64,000 bases of DNA from Leucoraja erinacea (taxonomy: Eukaryota). The notes under the pieces are model-generated. The model saw only the letters and a program-made list of their open reading frames with translations, had not been told where the DNA came from and searched no databases. A program made the translations under genes and the position numbers. The DNA is taken from positions 6,944,001 through 7,008,000 of the forward strand of contig NC_073387.1 of the NCBI RefSeq assembly GCF_028641065.1. The letters run 5' to 3'. Shown here piece by piece: positions 37,501 to 50,247 of this stretch. The stretch's first letter is position 1. Every line of letters begins with the position of its first letter.

Positions 37501-39989
37501 CCGAATCACAGGAAGAGAGTTACAAAGAAGCTGACTGGGATCGAGAAACCTCACTAAAAGGAAGGACTACAAAAAGGGAACCATATTAACTGGTGTCAGA
37601 AAGAATAAGAACTAAAGATAATTAAACTGGCACTAGGGAGAGAAGAAACAAACTTATTGCGGATGAGGTATGGGAGTAGGGAAAGGGCTATTGTACTAAT
37701 TTGTTACAAAGTTGTTGTGACTGCAGGACAGTATAACCTACAACGCCACTATCTGGGGAGTGAGGTAAAGAGCATGTGGACTCTTGAGAACGGGCAGAAG
37801 ACACAGCTCAGGTCGGATGTGTAGTGAATATCTCCATCAAGGTAGCTCCCCAGAGATAAGGACTAACAACAAAGATGAAATAATACTGTCCTGTACCTTT
37901 AAGACATCTGGGAGAGACCAACAAATAGAGAAGGTTGCTCCTCAGTATCCCTACTCCTTTGAAACTAACATCGAGGAAGAAGTAGAAGAAGAATATACCT
38001 ACCCTCGTGCCCAACTTTAACATCATCTAGCTTTTGACACCAGTGAAAGAAAATAACACCATCCAACATTTTCTAAAAGATACAGTCATAGAAACATAGA
38101 AACATAGAAATTAGGTGCAGGAGTAGGCCATTCGGCCCTTCAAGCCTGCACCGCCATTCAATATGATCATGGCTGATCATCCAAACAACTCAGTATCCCG
38201 TACCTGCCTTCTCTCCATACCCTCTGATCCCCTTAGCCACAAGGGCCACATCTAACTCCCTCTTAAATATAGCAAATGAACTGGCCTCGACTACCCTCTG
38301 CGGCAGAGAGTTCCAGAGATTCACCACTCTCTGTGTGAAAAAAGTTCTTCTCATCTCGGTTTTAAAGGATTTCCCCCTTATCCTTAAGCTGTGACCCCTT
38401 GTCCTGGACTTCCCCAACATCAGGAGCAATCTTCCTGCATCTAGCCTGTCCAACCCCTTAAGAATTTTGTAAGTTTCTATAAGATCCCCCCTCAATCTCA
38501 TAAATTCTAGAGAGTATAAACCAAGTCTATCCAGTCTTTCTTCATAAGACAGTCCTGACATTCCAGGAATCAGTCTGGTGAACCTTCTCTGCACTCCCTC
38601 TATGGCAATAATGTCCTTCCTCAGACAACCTATGACGACTATTGGGGCAAGGTCTGATTTGAAGAATTGAATTTAAATTTGAAAATTGACATTCCTCTGT
38701 GGTTCAGGGTAAAACACCTACTTTGCGCCTAAATTGTAGTCATTAGATATAAATTGATAACATTTTTAATTTGATCTCTAAATTGTATGGTAATGAATTG
38801 GAAGGATTTTAAAGTTTGAGATTTGGAACTGACTTGGAGTATTTAAAATTTGGTTATTAACTTGCCATTTTTATTGTCTCATCCCCAGACAGGCAGGCCA
38901 AAGATGGGAAGGATTATTCAGAGAACATCAGGGAAGGATGGAACTTGGGAAGATCTGGTAACATGGGAGAATTATTCAGGGAACATGAGAGTTGGCATTG
39001 GAGATAGTAAGAAAGAGGAGCTGTGAACAGCAAGACTTCCCTTTAAGAGACCAAAGTTAGCACACTAAGAAAGCTACTTAGTGGTAAAACTAGTTATGAG
39101 GAAGAACCGAACTATGGACTGAGAGCCGAGCTAACATATGAAGGAAGAAGTACTGGAGGAGAAGTTTATTGAATTAGAAGGAGGAATAAAGAAATGGGTT
39201 TGAGATATCAGAGTCAATGTATTTGACCGGTGGATCTAAATTTGTTTAATCCTTGATAGTAAACCGGCTTCTATTATCAAGGTGGAAAGAAATTGTCCCA
39301 AGATTCAGCGTTCTTAATTGCCTTTATGATAAAATGAACAACATATTAAACTTGATTGATTAAATTTGAACAGCTGGGAATTCCGCAGGAATTGGAATGG
39401 AATTATGTTATCAACCACAAAGCTGTAGAATGAGAAGGGTGAGACGGACCCACAATCTTAAAATATTAAATTAAAGGAATTACTTTGCTAGACGTTGATT
39501 GGGTTAAGTGTTGAGCCTTGTCTGGGTTTCTTGAATATTCAGGCACTTGTTGCATAATTAATCTCCATTAACTTGCATCTAGAAACTTCATCAGATACAT
39601 TGTATTAGTCACTGTAGTATTGGGTTAGGGAAATGTCTATCATGTACTGTGTTAATCAATATCTGTTATTGGACTGTATAGAGACCACCCCCGTATGGTT
39701 TGGCCCCTCAAGGGTCGGGGACCTATAAAAGGTAGCTCCCACGATGTCTTGTGTTGATCTTCTGTAAGAACGCTTGGGACTGCGTGACCTTTTGGAGTGT
39801 CTCTGCTTGCACGAGGCTAGGAGAGCTTGTACAGGCAGATACAAGGATTGAACCCGCGGTGGTTAGGTATAGTAGAGGGGAACTGTTATTGTGTTTTTTC
39901 GAAAATAAAGTTTAGTTGCGCAAGTGCTTGACTCAGTAACTTATTGACTGAAACTAGACTGGGGGGAGGCTTAGAACGAGCTATTTACA
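34524..39989 (+). mobile_element. Degenerate ERV-like element (gag remnants, no visible pol/env, one recognisable LTR-like 3' end)
   Basis: PBS-like tggtg...acccggat at 34810; MGNVLAKD start at 35934; WPIGG at 36070; knuckle (Y)YICGESGHWIRSC at 37184-37225; TATAAAA 39724; AATAAA 39904; ends ...tttaca. Confidence 0.6.
38087..38625 (-). mobile_element. Young CR1 LINE 3' end inserted in the ERV-like element
   Basis: Intact 134-aa ORF2 C-terminus QRRFTRLIPGMSGLSYEERL...; (TTTCTATG)n tail. Confidence 0.93.
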
Positions 39990-40104
39990 GTGTTAGTGTG
40001 CAGGGATCGCTGGTTGCCATGGACTCGGTGGGCCGAAGGGGCTTTTTCTATGCCGCATTTCTAAACTAAACTTAAAGTAGCCATTTGTCATGTACATTTG
40101 CAGA

Positions 40105-40365
40105 CAGATTTAGAATATAGATGAGAAGGAATTTCTTTAGCCAGAGGGTGGTGAATCTGTGGAATTCAATGCCACAGATGGCTGTTGAGGCAGTCATTGG
40201 GTATTTTTAAAACCGAGATTGATAGGTTCATGATTAGTAAGGGGGGTCAAAGGTTGCATGCAGAAGGCAGGAGAATGAGGTTGAGAGGGAAAAATAGATC
40301 AGCCGTGATCAAATGGCGGACAGAGCTGATGGGCCGAAAGGCCTAATTCTTCTCCTATATCTCAT
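40105..40365 (+). mobile_element. CR1 LINE 3' end
   Basis: gatgagaaggaatttctttagccagagggtggtgaatctgtggaattc. Confidence 0.85.
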
Positions 40366-41029
40366 GGTTGGCTGGGTTCTAAAAGGGGCAAGTTAATGAG
40401 TTGCATTTTGAGCGTTGTGTGGGGAATGAGGACTTAATGAAGGACAGAGTGTCACGGGGTATTAGGTGAACAAGATTGTTTGCTGAAAAAGATTAGGTGG
40501 CTAAGGATTTTGCAAATCTCAGGACTGTGGAGGCTGAATAATCTGCACCCTTGTACAATGCCCATCTTTGTCAGGTTCTGGAGCATGTGGCTTGGAGAGC
40601 AACCTGTATATTCTAGAACAAGATGCAATCTAGAGTTATTTGGAAGTAAATTTTCATTCCCTTTTTAATTTCAATTTACAGGTGGATGTCGTGTGTGAGT
40701 GATGGGGAATCTCTGAGGGGACGTATTGTATAGCACTTAATGGGACAGATCATTTATTATTTAGCAGTCTCTAAATGGAGCAGATTTTTTTTCTATGAAC
40801 CGGCTGCCACATCTGGTCAGGTTTCTGGGTGTGAGCTGGTCATGTGAGCTGGTTCAGAGGCCTCGGAACACTCCTCAATCTGATTCCATCATATGACATG
40901 GGTGGTGGCCATTTGGTCCATTGAGCCTATGCCAGCTCTGAGCTATTCCACTAGGTCGATTGCCCCACTAATTTCCCTGCAACCTACTTTCTCCAAACTC
41001 ACAGCTTCTACTTCCAGCCTTCCCGTCTA

Positions 41030-41320
41030 GTTTAGTTCAGTTTAGAAATACAGCAGGGAAACAGGCCCTGCAGCCCACCGTCTGCACTGGCCAGCGATCT
41101 CCGCACATTAGCACTATCCTACACACACTAGGGACAATTTTACATTGATACCAAGCCAATTAACCTACAAACCTGCGCGTTTTTAGTGCGTTGGAGGAAA
41201 CCGATGTTCCTGGAGAAAACACTCGTGGTCACGGGGAGAATGTATAAGCTCCGTGCAGACGACACCCGCAGCCGGTATTGAACCTGGGTCGCTGGCGCTG
41301 TAAGTGCTACAAGGCTACCG
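41030..41320 (-). mobile_element. HE1-like V-SINE
   Basis: Matches the SINE consensus in reverse. Confidence 0.8.
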
Positions 41321-41339
41321 CCAGGTCTGTTAGGAATAA

Positions 41340-41761
41340 TGCCCCTAACCAACTTAGGCGATTTTATTAGGCAACTAAAGGCGACTAGGCTGTCGCCAAA
41401 TAGTTGTCGGGGTGTTGCCTATATGGTTGTGAGTTGTCTCCTCAGTCGCCCAAAGAATTGTAGCTTTTTATCTGGTCGCCGCTGGATTTTGAAATGTTCA
41501 AATCTTTTCGATTACAGTCGGCGACAGTTGGCTTGTCTCCAATGAGCGTAACTTAACTTCTCCTGACGTAGGTGCTGTCGTAGGTTGTCGCTAAGATGAC
41601 GTAGGGTGTCGCCGGTGCTGACTTTGTTTTTTTTTTGTTGTTAATGTAATGATTCTGTTTCAAATTTTATGTCGAAGGGGAGTCACGTTTTTACGGCGAC
41701 CAACTACGACTATGACAGTCGCCGGCAGTCACCTAAAAATAGCCTAAATGGGACAGGCCCA
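41340..41761. mobile_element. PIF/Harbinger-type MITE related to 32465-32682
   Basis: Right TIR tgggacaggccc then ataa; shared internal gtcgcc repeats and gctggatttt; left TIR degraded. Confidence 0.65.
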
Positions 41762-42524
41762 TAACGTACAGCAGCCAATTAGCCTACCTGTCAGTAAGTC
41801 TTTGGATGTGGGAGGAAACCACGTGATCACAAGGAGAACGTGCAAACACCACACAGACAAGAGGGAAACTGGTCACCAGAGCTGTGAGGTAGTAGCACTA
41901 ACCACCACACATCGAATGATATAAGTTTGTGCTTGATGCTTCAAGCAGGACCAAGAGAACAAATAAGATTGCAACACCGAGATCCCATTAATCAATACAG
42001 GATTAAATACAGGACTGGAAATGCTCAGCGGGCTCAGCAGCCCATGTGGAGAGAAAGAAAAACACAGTTAACATTTTGGGTCAATAACCCACATCAAAAC
42101 AATGATGTACCACGAATATTACAATTGTCTTTGCTGCCACAGATGCTGATTGACTTGCTGAGTGTTTCCAGCATTTTGTAATTGACTTTTACTTGTATTT
42201 TACTTGGATTCCGAGCATATGCATGTATTTGATCTTGAATCATTGGTGGAGGTCTGTGGAGTCAAATATACCGTCTATTAGATAAAATTTAAGGTCCAGA
42301 TGAGTAATGAATGGTTTAAGTATCTCGCTCAACTACAAATGATTTTGCTGTCCCAGTTGTGGCTGGTGACGTCATCATCAAAATGTCTCCCTCTCTGATA
42401 ATCCATCCATAACCTAAAATCATGCCTTACTGAAAGTTCAGTGACATTGGCTTCCCCTGAAGGCAACCACAGAGTCTGCATCTCGAACGCTAAAGGGCAG
42501 GAGGAAAATCCATCATCTCAGATG

Positions 42525-43150
42525 ATCATAAGGTCAAGGGGGATAAGAGTAGAATTAGGCGATTCAGCTCATCAAGTCTATTCCGCCATTCAATCATGGC
42601 TGATCTATCTTTCCCTCCTAACCCCATTCTCCAGCCTTCTCCCCATAACCTCTGACAGCTGTACTAATCAAGAATCTATCTATCTCTGTCTTAAAAATAT
42701 CCACTGACTTGGCCTCCAGAGCCTTCTGTGGCAAAGAATTCCACAGATTCACCACCCTCTGACTAAAGAAATTTCTCCTCATCTTTTTCCGAAAATAACA
42801 ACCTTTAATTCTGAGGCTATGACCTCTAATCCTAGACTCTCCCTGCAGCGGAAACATCCTCTCTACATCCACTCTATCCAACCCTTTCACTATTCTGTAT
42901 GTTTCAATGAGGTTCCCCCTTATTCTCCAGCGACAAACACTCATTATAGGTTAACCTACTCATTCTTGGGATCATTCTTATAAACCTTCTCTGGACCCGC
43001 TCCAAGGGCCAGCACATTATTCCACAGATATGGTGCCCAAAATTGTTCACAATATTTCAAATGTGGCCTTGGAACCACAACATTACATCCCTGTTTTTGT
43101 ATTAAAGCCCTCTTGAAATAAATGGCAGCATTGAGTTTGCTTTCTTTATT
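42525..43150 (-). mobile_element. CR1 LINE 3' fragment
   Basis: RGNLIETYRIVKGLDRVDVERMFP...FSQRVVNLWNSLPQ. Confidence 0.88.
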
Positions 43151-43874
43151 ACTGATGAAGTGAGGTACTTTTTTTTCACATGTATATCAAAGCTCTTTGT
43201 CCCTGATCACTTTTTGTAAGCATCAGCCACAGGATTCACTTTACTGCTGGACCTGTTCCAACTCACTGGTGAAAGAGAAATCAAGGTTATGCTGGTATCT
43301 AAAAGCCATTGACCAGGTTGTTCACCTCCACAATATGTCTGGTCTTATACAGCACGTTAAATAAAGGCCTTGGCAGTTTGCTAGGCCTTTTGTCACCTCA
43401 TCTGAATGTCATTGAAGTGGAATCAATTTAGGAAAAGATTTTAATTAACCTACATCTCTGAACATTTAATTTTAAAGGAAAGATCCATCTTTGGGGACTG
43501 CCTTAGTACTAGATTCCAGACTGCCTTTGATCATCATGCCACATTTGTCCAGTGTCTCGTCCGTGGCACCAACCATGCTGGGGGTTGTGAAAGTGGATGG
43601 ACAACCGTGATCTGGTCAGGGAATTCTGCCCAGTGCGCCCATCATCGACTAAATGACTGCAGTTTGGGCAACCTCCCCATGTAAAGTATTGCAAGAGGTG
43701 TTTGGGCAAAAAAAGGGGTTGATCTTTTGAAGAAAGGTCAACAGGTTCCAGCTAGACCAGATGATATGGACTCAATTGGGAACGGGTCTCTAAATGGCAA
43801 TGTATGTAATGTGATCTTGAACCACTATTATCAGACTGGAACTAGACATATCCAATGAGCCTGTGAGCGATTGA

Positions 43875-44450
43875 TCGATACAGCATGAAAACAGGCCCTT
43901 CAGCCCACCTATTCCACTCTGGCCATTGATCACCCGTTTACACTAGTTAGTTTTGTTTTTAGGTTAGAGATGCAGCATGGAAACAGGCCCTTCACACAGT
44001 GTCCTGCACACACTAGGGATAATTTACATTTATACCTAGCCAATTGACCTACAAACCTGTATGCCTTGGGCATGGGAGGAAACTGAAGATAGAGGAGAAA
44101 ACCCACTCAGGTTACGGGGAGAACGTACAAACTCCATACAGACAGCACCCGTAGTCAGGATCGAGCCTGGATTTCTGGTGCCATCAGGCAGCGACTCTAC
44201 CACTGCGCCGCCATGCTGCCCAAATTTCTATATTATCCCATTTTCCCATCCACTCCTTAAACACTAGGGGTAATTCACAGGCCAAACCTGCACGTCTTTG
44301 GGACGTGGGAGGAAACCGGAGCTCCTGAAGGAATCCCACGCGGTCACAGGGAGAAGATGCCAATCACACAGACAACACCTGAGATCAGGATTGAACCCGG
44401 GTCACTGGTGCTAGGTGACAGCAGCTCCACCAGCTATGCTGCCCTGGGGC
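43875..44450 (-). mobile_element. Two nested HE1-like SINEs
   Basis: SINE 43960-44220 lies inside a second SINE (43875-43950 plus 44225-44450). Confidence 0.7.
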
Positions 44451-45279
44451 GCTGAAGTCTTCTCCCTAATGGAAACTCTGTGCTCCTAAGGTGCTCCTTC
44501 TATTTCTGTAAACGTGTCTGCTCCCAGGTGGTAGGTAGCAGGACTTGTACTGGGAATATGCACACAGAGATACAACACAAAAATGAGTCTTTCATCCCGC
44601 AAGTCCTTAATAACCATCAGTTCCCAAATGTATATTAATCCTACCCAAACCTACTTTATCCTCATTATATTCCCATCAAATGTGACCGTGTCAGTGAGTG
44701 GTATTAGACATTTGGGCCTGGTACTAACCTGGTATACAGCACCAAGTGTGTTGTCGTGAGGCACCAAGTGACTTGTATGTAAGGGGGATCAAGTGCATAC
44801 TCCCTCCAATTTAATCGTGGCCCTAACCATGTGTTGGTGACAGCCTCTGAACTGAGTATCTCAACAAAAATCTATTTTGGACAGATATGGATAGGATGGT
44901 TGAGTGATATGGGACAAAAAAGATCAGCCGAGAATATGAATGGTTGACAAGAACAAGTTGGAATGAAGGGCTCGATTCTGTGCCCTACAAGATTATGAAT
45001 GTGATGACATGGCAGCCTCGTCTCTCTGTGGAGTGGGCAGATAGTGTCGGGAACTAGCTGGGTGGTAATCCATATGGTTCTGCAGTGATACAGACAAAGA
45101 ACACAACAGTATTAAGTGCATCATATTGATAGTGGCGGTCCCAACATGTATGCGCATAGGCAGACGATTCCTCGGTGGGAGGGGAGATGGTGGGATAAAG
45201 AGCCCATAGAAACTTGTGTCCCATCTTTGTCTGTACCATTGCCAGCTCTGGCATGCGTCACATATCATCGCGCATCAAG

Positions 45280-45950
45280 AAGAGACTCTTGCATCCGCTG
45301 TTTCAGGAGTGGGCTCCTATATATCGGCGAGACAACAGGTGTGGACTCCTGTATATCGGCGAGACCAAAAGCAGACTGGGCGATCATTTCGCTGAACACC
45401 TCTGCTCAGCCTGCTTAAGCCTACTTGATCTCCTCGTAGCTAAACACTTTAACTCCCTCTCCCATTCCCTCACTGACCTTTCTGTCCAGGGCCTCCTCCA
45501 CTGTCAGAGTGGGGCCCAATGCAAATTGGAGGAACAGCACCTCATATTTTGCTTGGGCAGCTTACAATCTAACGGTATGAACAATGACTTCTCTAACTTC
45601 AAGTACCTTGTGTTTTCTCTCTCTCCTCTAGTTCTCCTATTAGTTACACTGTCCTCCTGATTAATTTTACTGTTTGTAAGCTTCGTTGTAAACTTCCCCA
45701 CAGCCAACAATGAACCATTCTACATTTCCTTGATCATCGTCTGCTTTGATCTGTTCTTTTCACACCTTACATGTTCTTTGTACCTTTCCATATCACGTTT
45801 CCCTCTCCCCTGACATTCAGTGTGAAGAAGGGATTTGACCCGAAACGTTGACCATTCCTTCCTACCTATGCTGCCTGTTCTGCTAGGTTACTCCAGCATT
45901 TTTGTGTCTATCTTCAGTGTAAACAAGCATCTGCAGTTCCTTCCTACACA
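45280..45950 (+). mobile_element. Penelope-like element 3' end: GIY-YIG C-terminal half plus pLTR
   Basis: CGLLYIGETKSRLGDHFAEHL...VAKHFNS..H...LEEQHLIFCLGSLQSNGMN, followed by gtgaagaagggatttgacccgaaacgtt (~45822) and the shared short-element tail. Confidence 0.88.
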
Positions 45951-48534
45951 TTTTGTCTCCTCCTCCAGCTGGCTAAGCCTCTGTTACTGTAATGATCCCA
46001 CTTGCTTGTGTGAGTGACTGAATCCTACAATACAAGGGGAATAATTCATGTTGTAATTGTATAAGTGCCTTTGTTAAAATGTTGAGCGTGTGATGTGAGC
46101 TGTGGAAAACTGCTGACACAGTGAAGGGAACATGAGACAGCCAGCAACATAACTGCTGGAAGAGAGAGTGGCTTTCTGTGTGCACGCATGTTTTAGTGCG
46201 TGTGCGTTTTACTGTGGATTGTGTTGGTTTCAAGACTATATTTAGAAGTGCTTGTATTTGAGCAATTGTATAAGAATGAGAACACTCACCTTGACAACGT
46301 GCGTGTGGCTGTAGCACTCATCCCTGTATGAGGTACAGCAGGACTCTGGGGTTATTCCTACCACTGTCTTCTCCTATCTTGAAAACATCTCTTATTATTG
46401 GGCTCCCCAGTACTCTGATGCATAATCTGTGCCTCCTCCTCTCCTTCTTAGCTTCATACACAAGGATATGAAGGTCTGTGTTCACGTTCGCGTTATAGGA
46501 GTAGAATTAAGCCATTCAGCCCATTGATTCTACTCCGCCATTCAATAATGGCTGATCTCTGCCTCCTAATCCAATTTTTCTGCCTTCTCCACATAACCCT
46601 TGACACCTGTTCTAATCAAGAATTCTTCACGGTGCTAGTGATGTAGTCTTCCTTGCATTTCCTCACCTGTGACCATTTAAACCATGTTCCTGACAAACGT
46701 GTTCAGCAGAGCAGGTAGACCCAAAATGCTGGAGTTAACACAGCGGGAAAGGCATCATCTCTCCAGAGATAAGCCCATTCCTTCTAACCAGAGATGTTGC
46801 CTGTCCAGCATTTTCTGTCTATCTTCGGAGTAAACCAGCATCTGCAGTTCCTTCCAGCATGTTCAGGGAACAGGTGTTCTTTACAGGCTGGTGACTTGCT
46901 TCCTATTAGTGCATGAACGTATCGGCAGTCGCATGGTATTGGAGCGTTGATCATCATGCAATAATCAACATTGATAGCATCGAATTTACTCGAATGGCCT
47001 CCTACACTTCAGCCCTTCATTCTGATGCTGTCCACTTGCAGGTGATATAATGGCAGAACGTCAACCCCGTATTTATTTGCCTGGCCCTTCCACAGTCTTC
47101 CATCAGCAGCAATTGTGATCAAGGGCGGAACCTGTGCATTGTGCATGGCCCAAAACCGTCCACATGATGTTGAGGACATTTTGTGTGGTGCACCAGGATT
47201 TTGGCTGACATTGCCTGAGTAATCAAATAAACCAAATCCAATTACAGGCAATTCTGAGAATTTTGTTTACCTTGAGGATGTGGGTGGAATTGGCAAAGCG
47301 ATCAACCTTGCTTGCCCTGATGAAGTGGGAACAGTGACCTCTCTTTTTCGATTGTCACTCTTCGCTCTTGGAGAACCTCGCAAGATTAGTGGTATCACCC
47401 GCATGTAGCGGCGAGCTGCTTACATTGCATCATAAGATATAAACTCCAAATTATCAAATTGGAGATTACACTTTAGTATGTAAACTAAGCAGTTCAAGAC
47501 TTGGACATGCGTTCAGTTTCTAGCCTGCTTCGGGCTTGATGCTTCTTTGTAGACAGTATGGACATTGGTGTCTGCTTAACAGAAAGACTGCCACAAATCC
47601 TCTCACACAGTGGTGCCAGCTGGTCTATGAATTCCCCCTTGGGAATTCTGACTTTCCTGATCATAGCTAATCTAAATTGCTGGCAGACTGTGTGCCTTGG
47701 GAATGTGATGAATGACAAGAGAGGGACAGATACAAAGAGGCTTTAATTTCTTCTGGGTTTTAAATCTTAGAAATTAGTGATTTTGATTCATAAAAAAACG
47801 TCAGGTCACCATTTTATTTCTTTCAGCATTGATTTAATTTGCTTGAGTGTGTAATCCACTAAGTGCAGGAGCACTTTGCGACGGGGTGGGGGAAGATCTA
47901 TTGCTCACGGGCAATCTGTATTAGGAACTTGACGGATGGAGCAGCAATGAGGATGGAGAGGAAAGTTCAACGTTTCGGGTCGAAACTCCGCATCTGCCCT
48001 CTACGACCCTGATATTGGAGAGGGGATATAATGAGGAGAGGGAGAGAGGTGAGACAGAAGCCAGAGTCGATAGGTGGATCATGGAGGGGTGAAGGATGGC
48101 GGGCATGTGGAGGCGGTTAGCGGAGAGGGAAGGAAGGGGTTGGGATACAGATGGATGAGTGGAGGTAGACAGGGAATAAAAGAAGGCAGATGGAGCCAGG
48201 GTGGAGCAGGGCAGGGCACTGGAGGTGGAGTGAAGGTGAAGACAGCTGTTTGAGCACAAGGACTGCCGCCCTGGAATCTGTTAGCTCTCAGTCTTGATGC
48301 AGTGTTTGTACTTTCCTTTCCATACACAGGCATTGCATAACCTGCTGCGTTCCCCCTGCAGGTTGTCTGTAGGTGATAGATAGTTCCCTTCTTGAGCAAA
48401 AGACATCAACACTCTAAGAAATATAGTGGGAACCATTAGTGGAGAAGTTACTGCCAGATGGAACCTGAACCGGTTGGGGGGAGTCTGTGGTGAAATGTGA
48501 GGGAGGGAGGTTGATGAAAACAGGAGAAATCAAT

Positions 48535-49010
48535 GAAAGATAGTTTATTATCACGTCACCGTGAGATTCTTTGTTTTGCACACCCAATATGTTGGCACCC
48601 TTTGTATAGCGATGCTATGTATACCCAAGGTATTTGTATACCCACGGTATGCAAAGAGTCACCACATAAAGGGCGCCATCAAAGTTAGAAAGTATTCAAT
48701 ATTAACACAAAGTATTCCCTTTGTGGACCCCCTTAGTACTCGGTGATTCCCCCACTCCGGCTCCCCCTTAGTTCTAGGCAGTTCCCCCATGCGGGGTCCC
48801 CCTTTGTTCTCGGCCGACCAACCTCTGACACTCACCACTGGCCCTTCCTCGACCACCGGCACGGCACCGTGACCTCGACCGCCTTTGTCTGCCCTTTGAC
48901 CTGTTCTTGGGGGAGGAGAACAAATATAGAGCTTGGGGCCAGTAAGGGGGTCGTTATGTGAAAGCGATTGGAAAATGAGTGGGCCAGGGGAAGGGTGAGA
49001 GAGCGAAGAG
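48535..49010 (-). mobile_element. Non-autonomous retroposon with Rex1/Babar-type tail (related to 7040-7560)
   Basis: Minus tail gaatctcacggtgacgtgataataaa; actttgatggcgccctttatgtgg motif similar to ~7465-7490; gagaacaaaggggg repeats. Confidence 0.55.
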
Positions 49011-49473
49011 CTAGTTTGTGTCATCTGCCCAACCGATCACGATCCTGCTGCAATTTCTGACAACCATCTTCATTATCTACAAAACCACCCGATTTCATGG
49101 CATGATTCATATTGTGATATCTTTGTTTCTAACTTCCCTTTTTTTCAGACGTGCGAGACAGGCAGCTGGTCTCAATTAACTTTGAACGCACAGCTTTCGA
49201 AGCTCTACCCCATTCGTCGGGTTATTGGGCTCTGTGTGGTTGCAAGCACAGTGCTAATAAATACTCAGCTGAGAATTGTCCCTGTGCCAGACAATTTTGG
49301 AGACCAAGTGGCTTCTTTCCGGGTCCATTTTTTATGGCCAATAGACCTAACTTTACATTGTTGCTTTTGTTTCTTATTGATAATTCCGCTTTGAACTTAT
49401 GACATGTCATATGCTGAGAGATGACAGTCATTTGCTGAGAGAATGGAGCAGCTGGACTTGTACACTCTGGTTA

Positions 49474-49750
49474 CACAGAAAAGCTGGAGAAACTCAGCGG
49501 GTGCAGCAGCATCTATGGAGCGAAGGAAATAGGCAACGTTTCGGGCCGAAACCCTTCTTCAGACTGATCAGGGGTGGGGGTGGGTGGGGACAAGAAAGGG
49601 AAAAGGAGGAGTAGCCGGAAGGCTGGAGGGTGGGAGGAGACAGCAGGGGAGCTGAGGAAGGGGAGGAGACAGCAAGGACTAACAGAATTGGGAGAAGTCG
49701 ATGTTCATGCCCCCGGGGTGCAGACTCCCCAAACGGAATATGAGGTGCTG
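49474..49750 (-). mobile_element. Young Penelope 3' end with intact hammerhead-like core
   Basis: Minus strand encodes QHLIFRLGSLHPGGMNIDFSQF, then cagtctgaagaagggtttcggcccgaaacgttgcc (plus coordinates ~49533-49567). Confidence 0.88.
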
Positions 49751-50247
49751 TTGTACACTCTGGTGTTTAGAAGGATGAGAGATCTCATTGAAACATATAA
49801 GATTGTTAAGGGCTTGGGCACACTAGAGGCAGGAAACATGTTCCCGATGTTGGGGGAGTCCAGAATCAGGGGGCCACAGTTTAATAATAAGGAGTGAGCT
49901 ATTTAGAACGGAGATGAGGAAACACTTTTTCTCACAGAGAGTGGTGAGTCTGTGGAATTCTCTGCCTCAGAGAGCGGTGGAGGCAGGTTCTCTGGATGCT
50001 TTCAAGAGAGTGCTAGATAGGGCTCTTAAAATATAGTAGAGTCAGGGGAGATGGGGAGAAGGCAGGAACGGGGTACTGATTTGGGATGATCAAAAAGGAT
50101 TCAAAGGACATTTATTATCACATACACCAAATGGTGTAGTGAAATTTGATCATGTGATCAGCCATGATCACATTGAATGGAGGTGCTGGCTCGAAGGGCC
50201 AAATGGCCTACTCCTGCACCTATTTTCCATTGTCTATTGTCTATTGT
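49751..50247 (+). mobile_element. CR1 LINE 3' end with a short Rex-type tail inserted at ~50095-50150
   Basis: LYTLVFRRMRDLIETYKIVKG...; (CTATTGT)n tail. Confidence 0.88.

Noticed and set aside
37591-37603. tggtgtcagaa resembling a tRNA-Leu primer-binding site
   Set aside because: Only about 11 nt match, it lies downstream of the gag remnants, and no LTR end precedes it.
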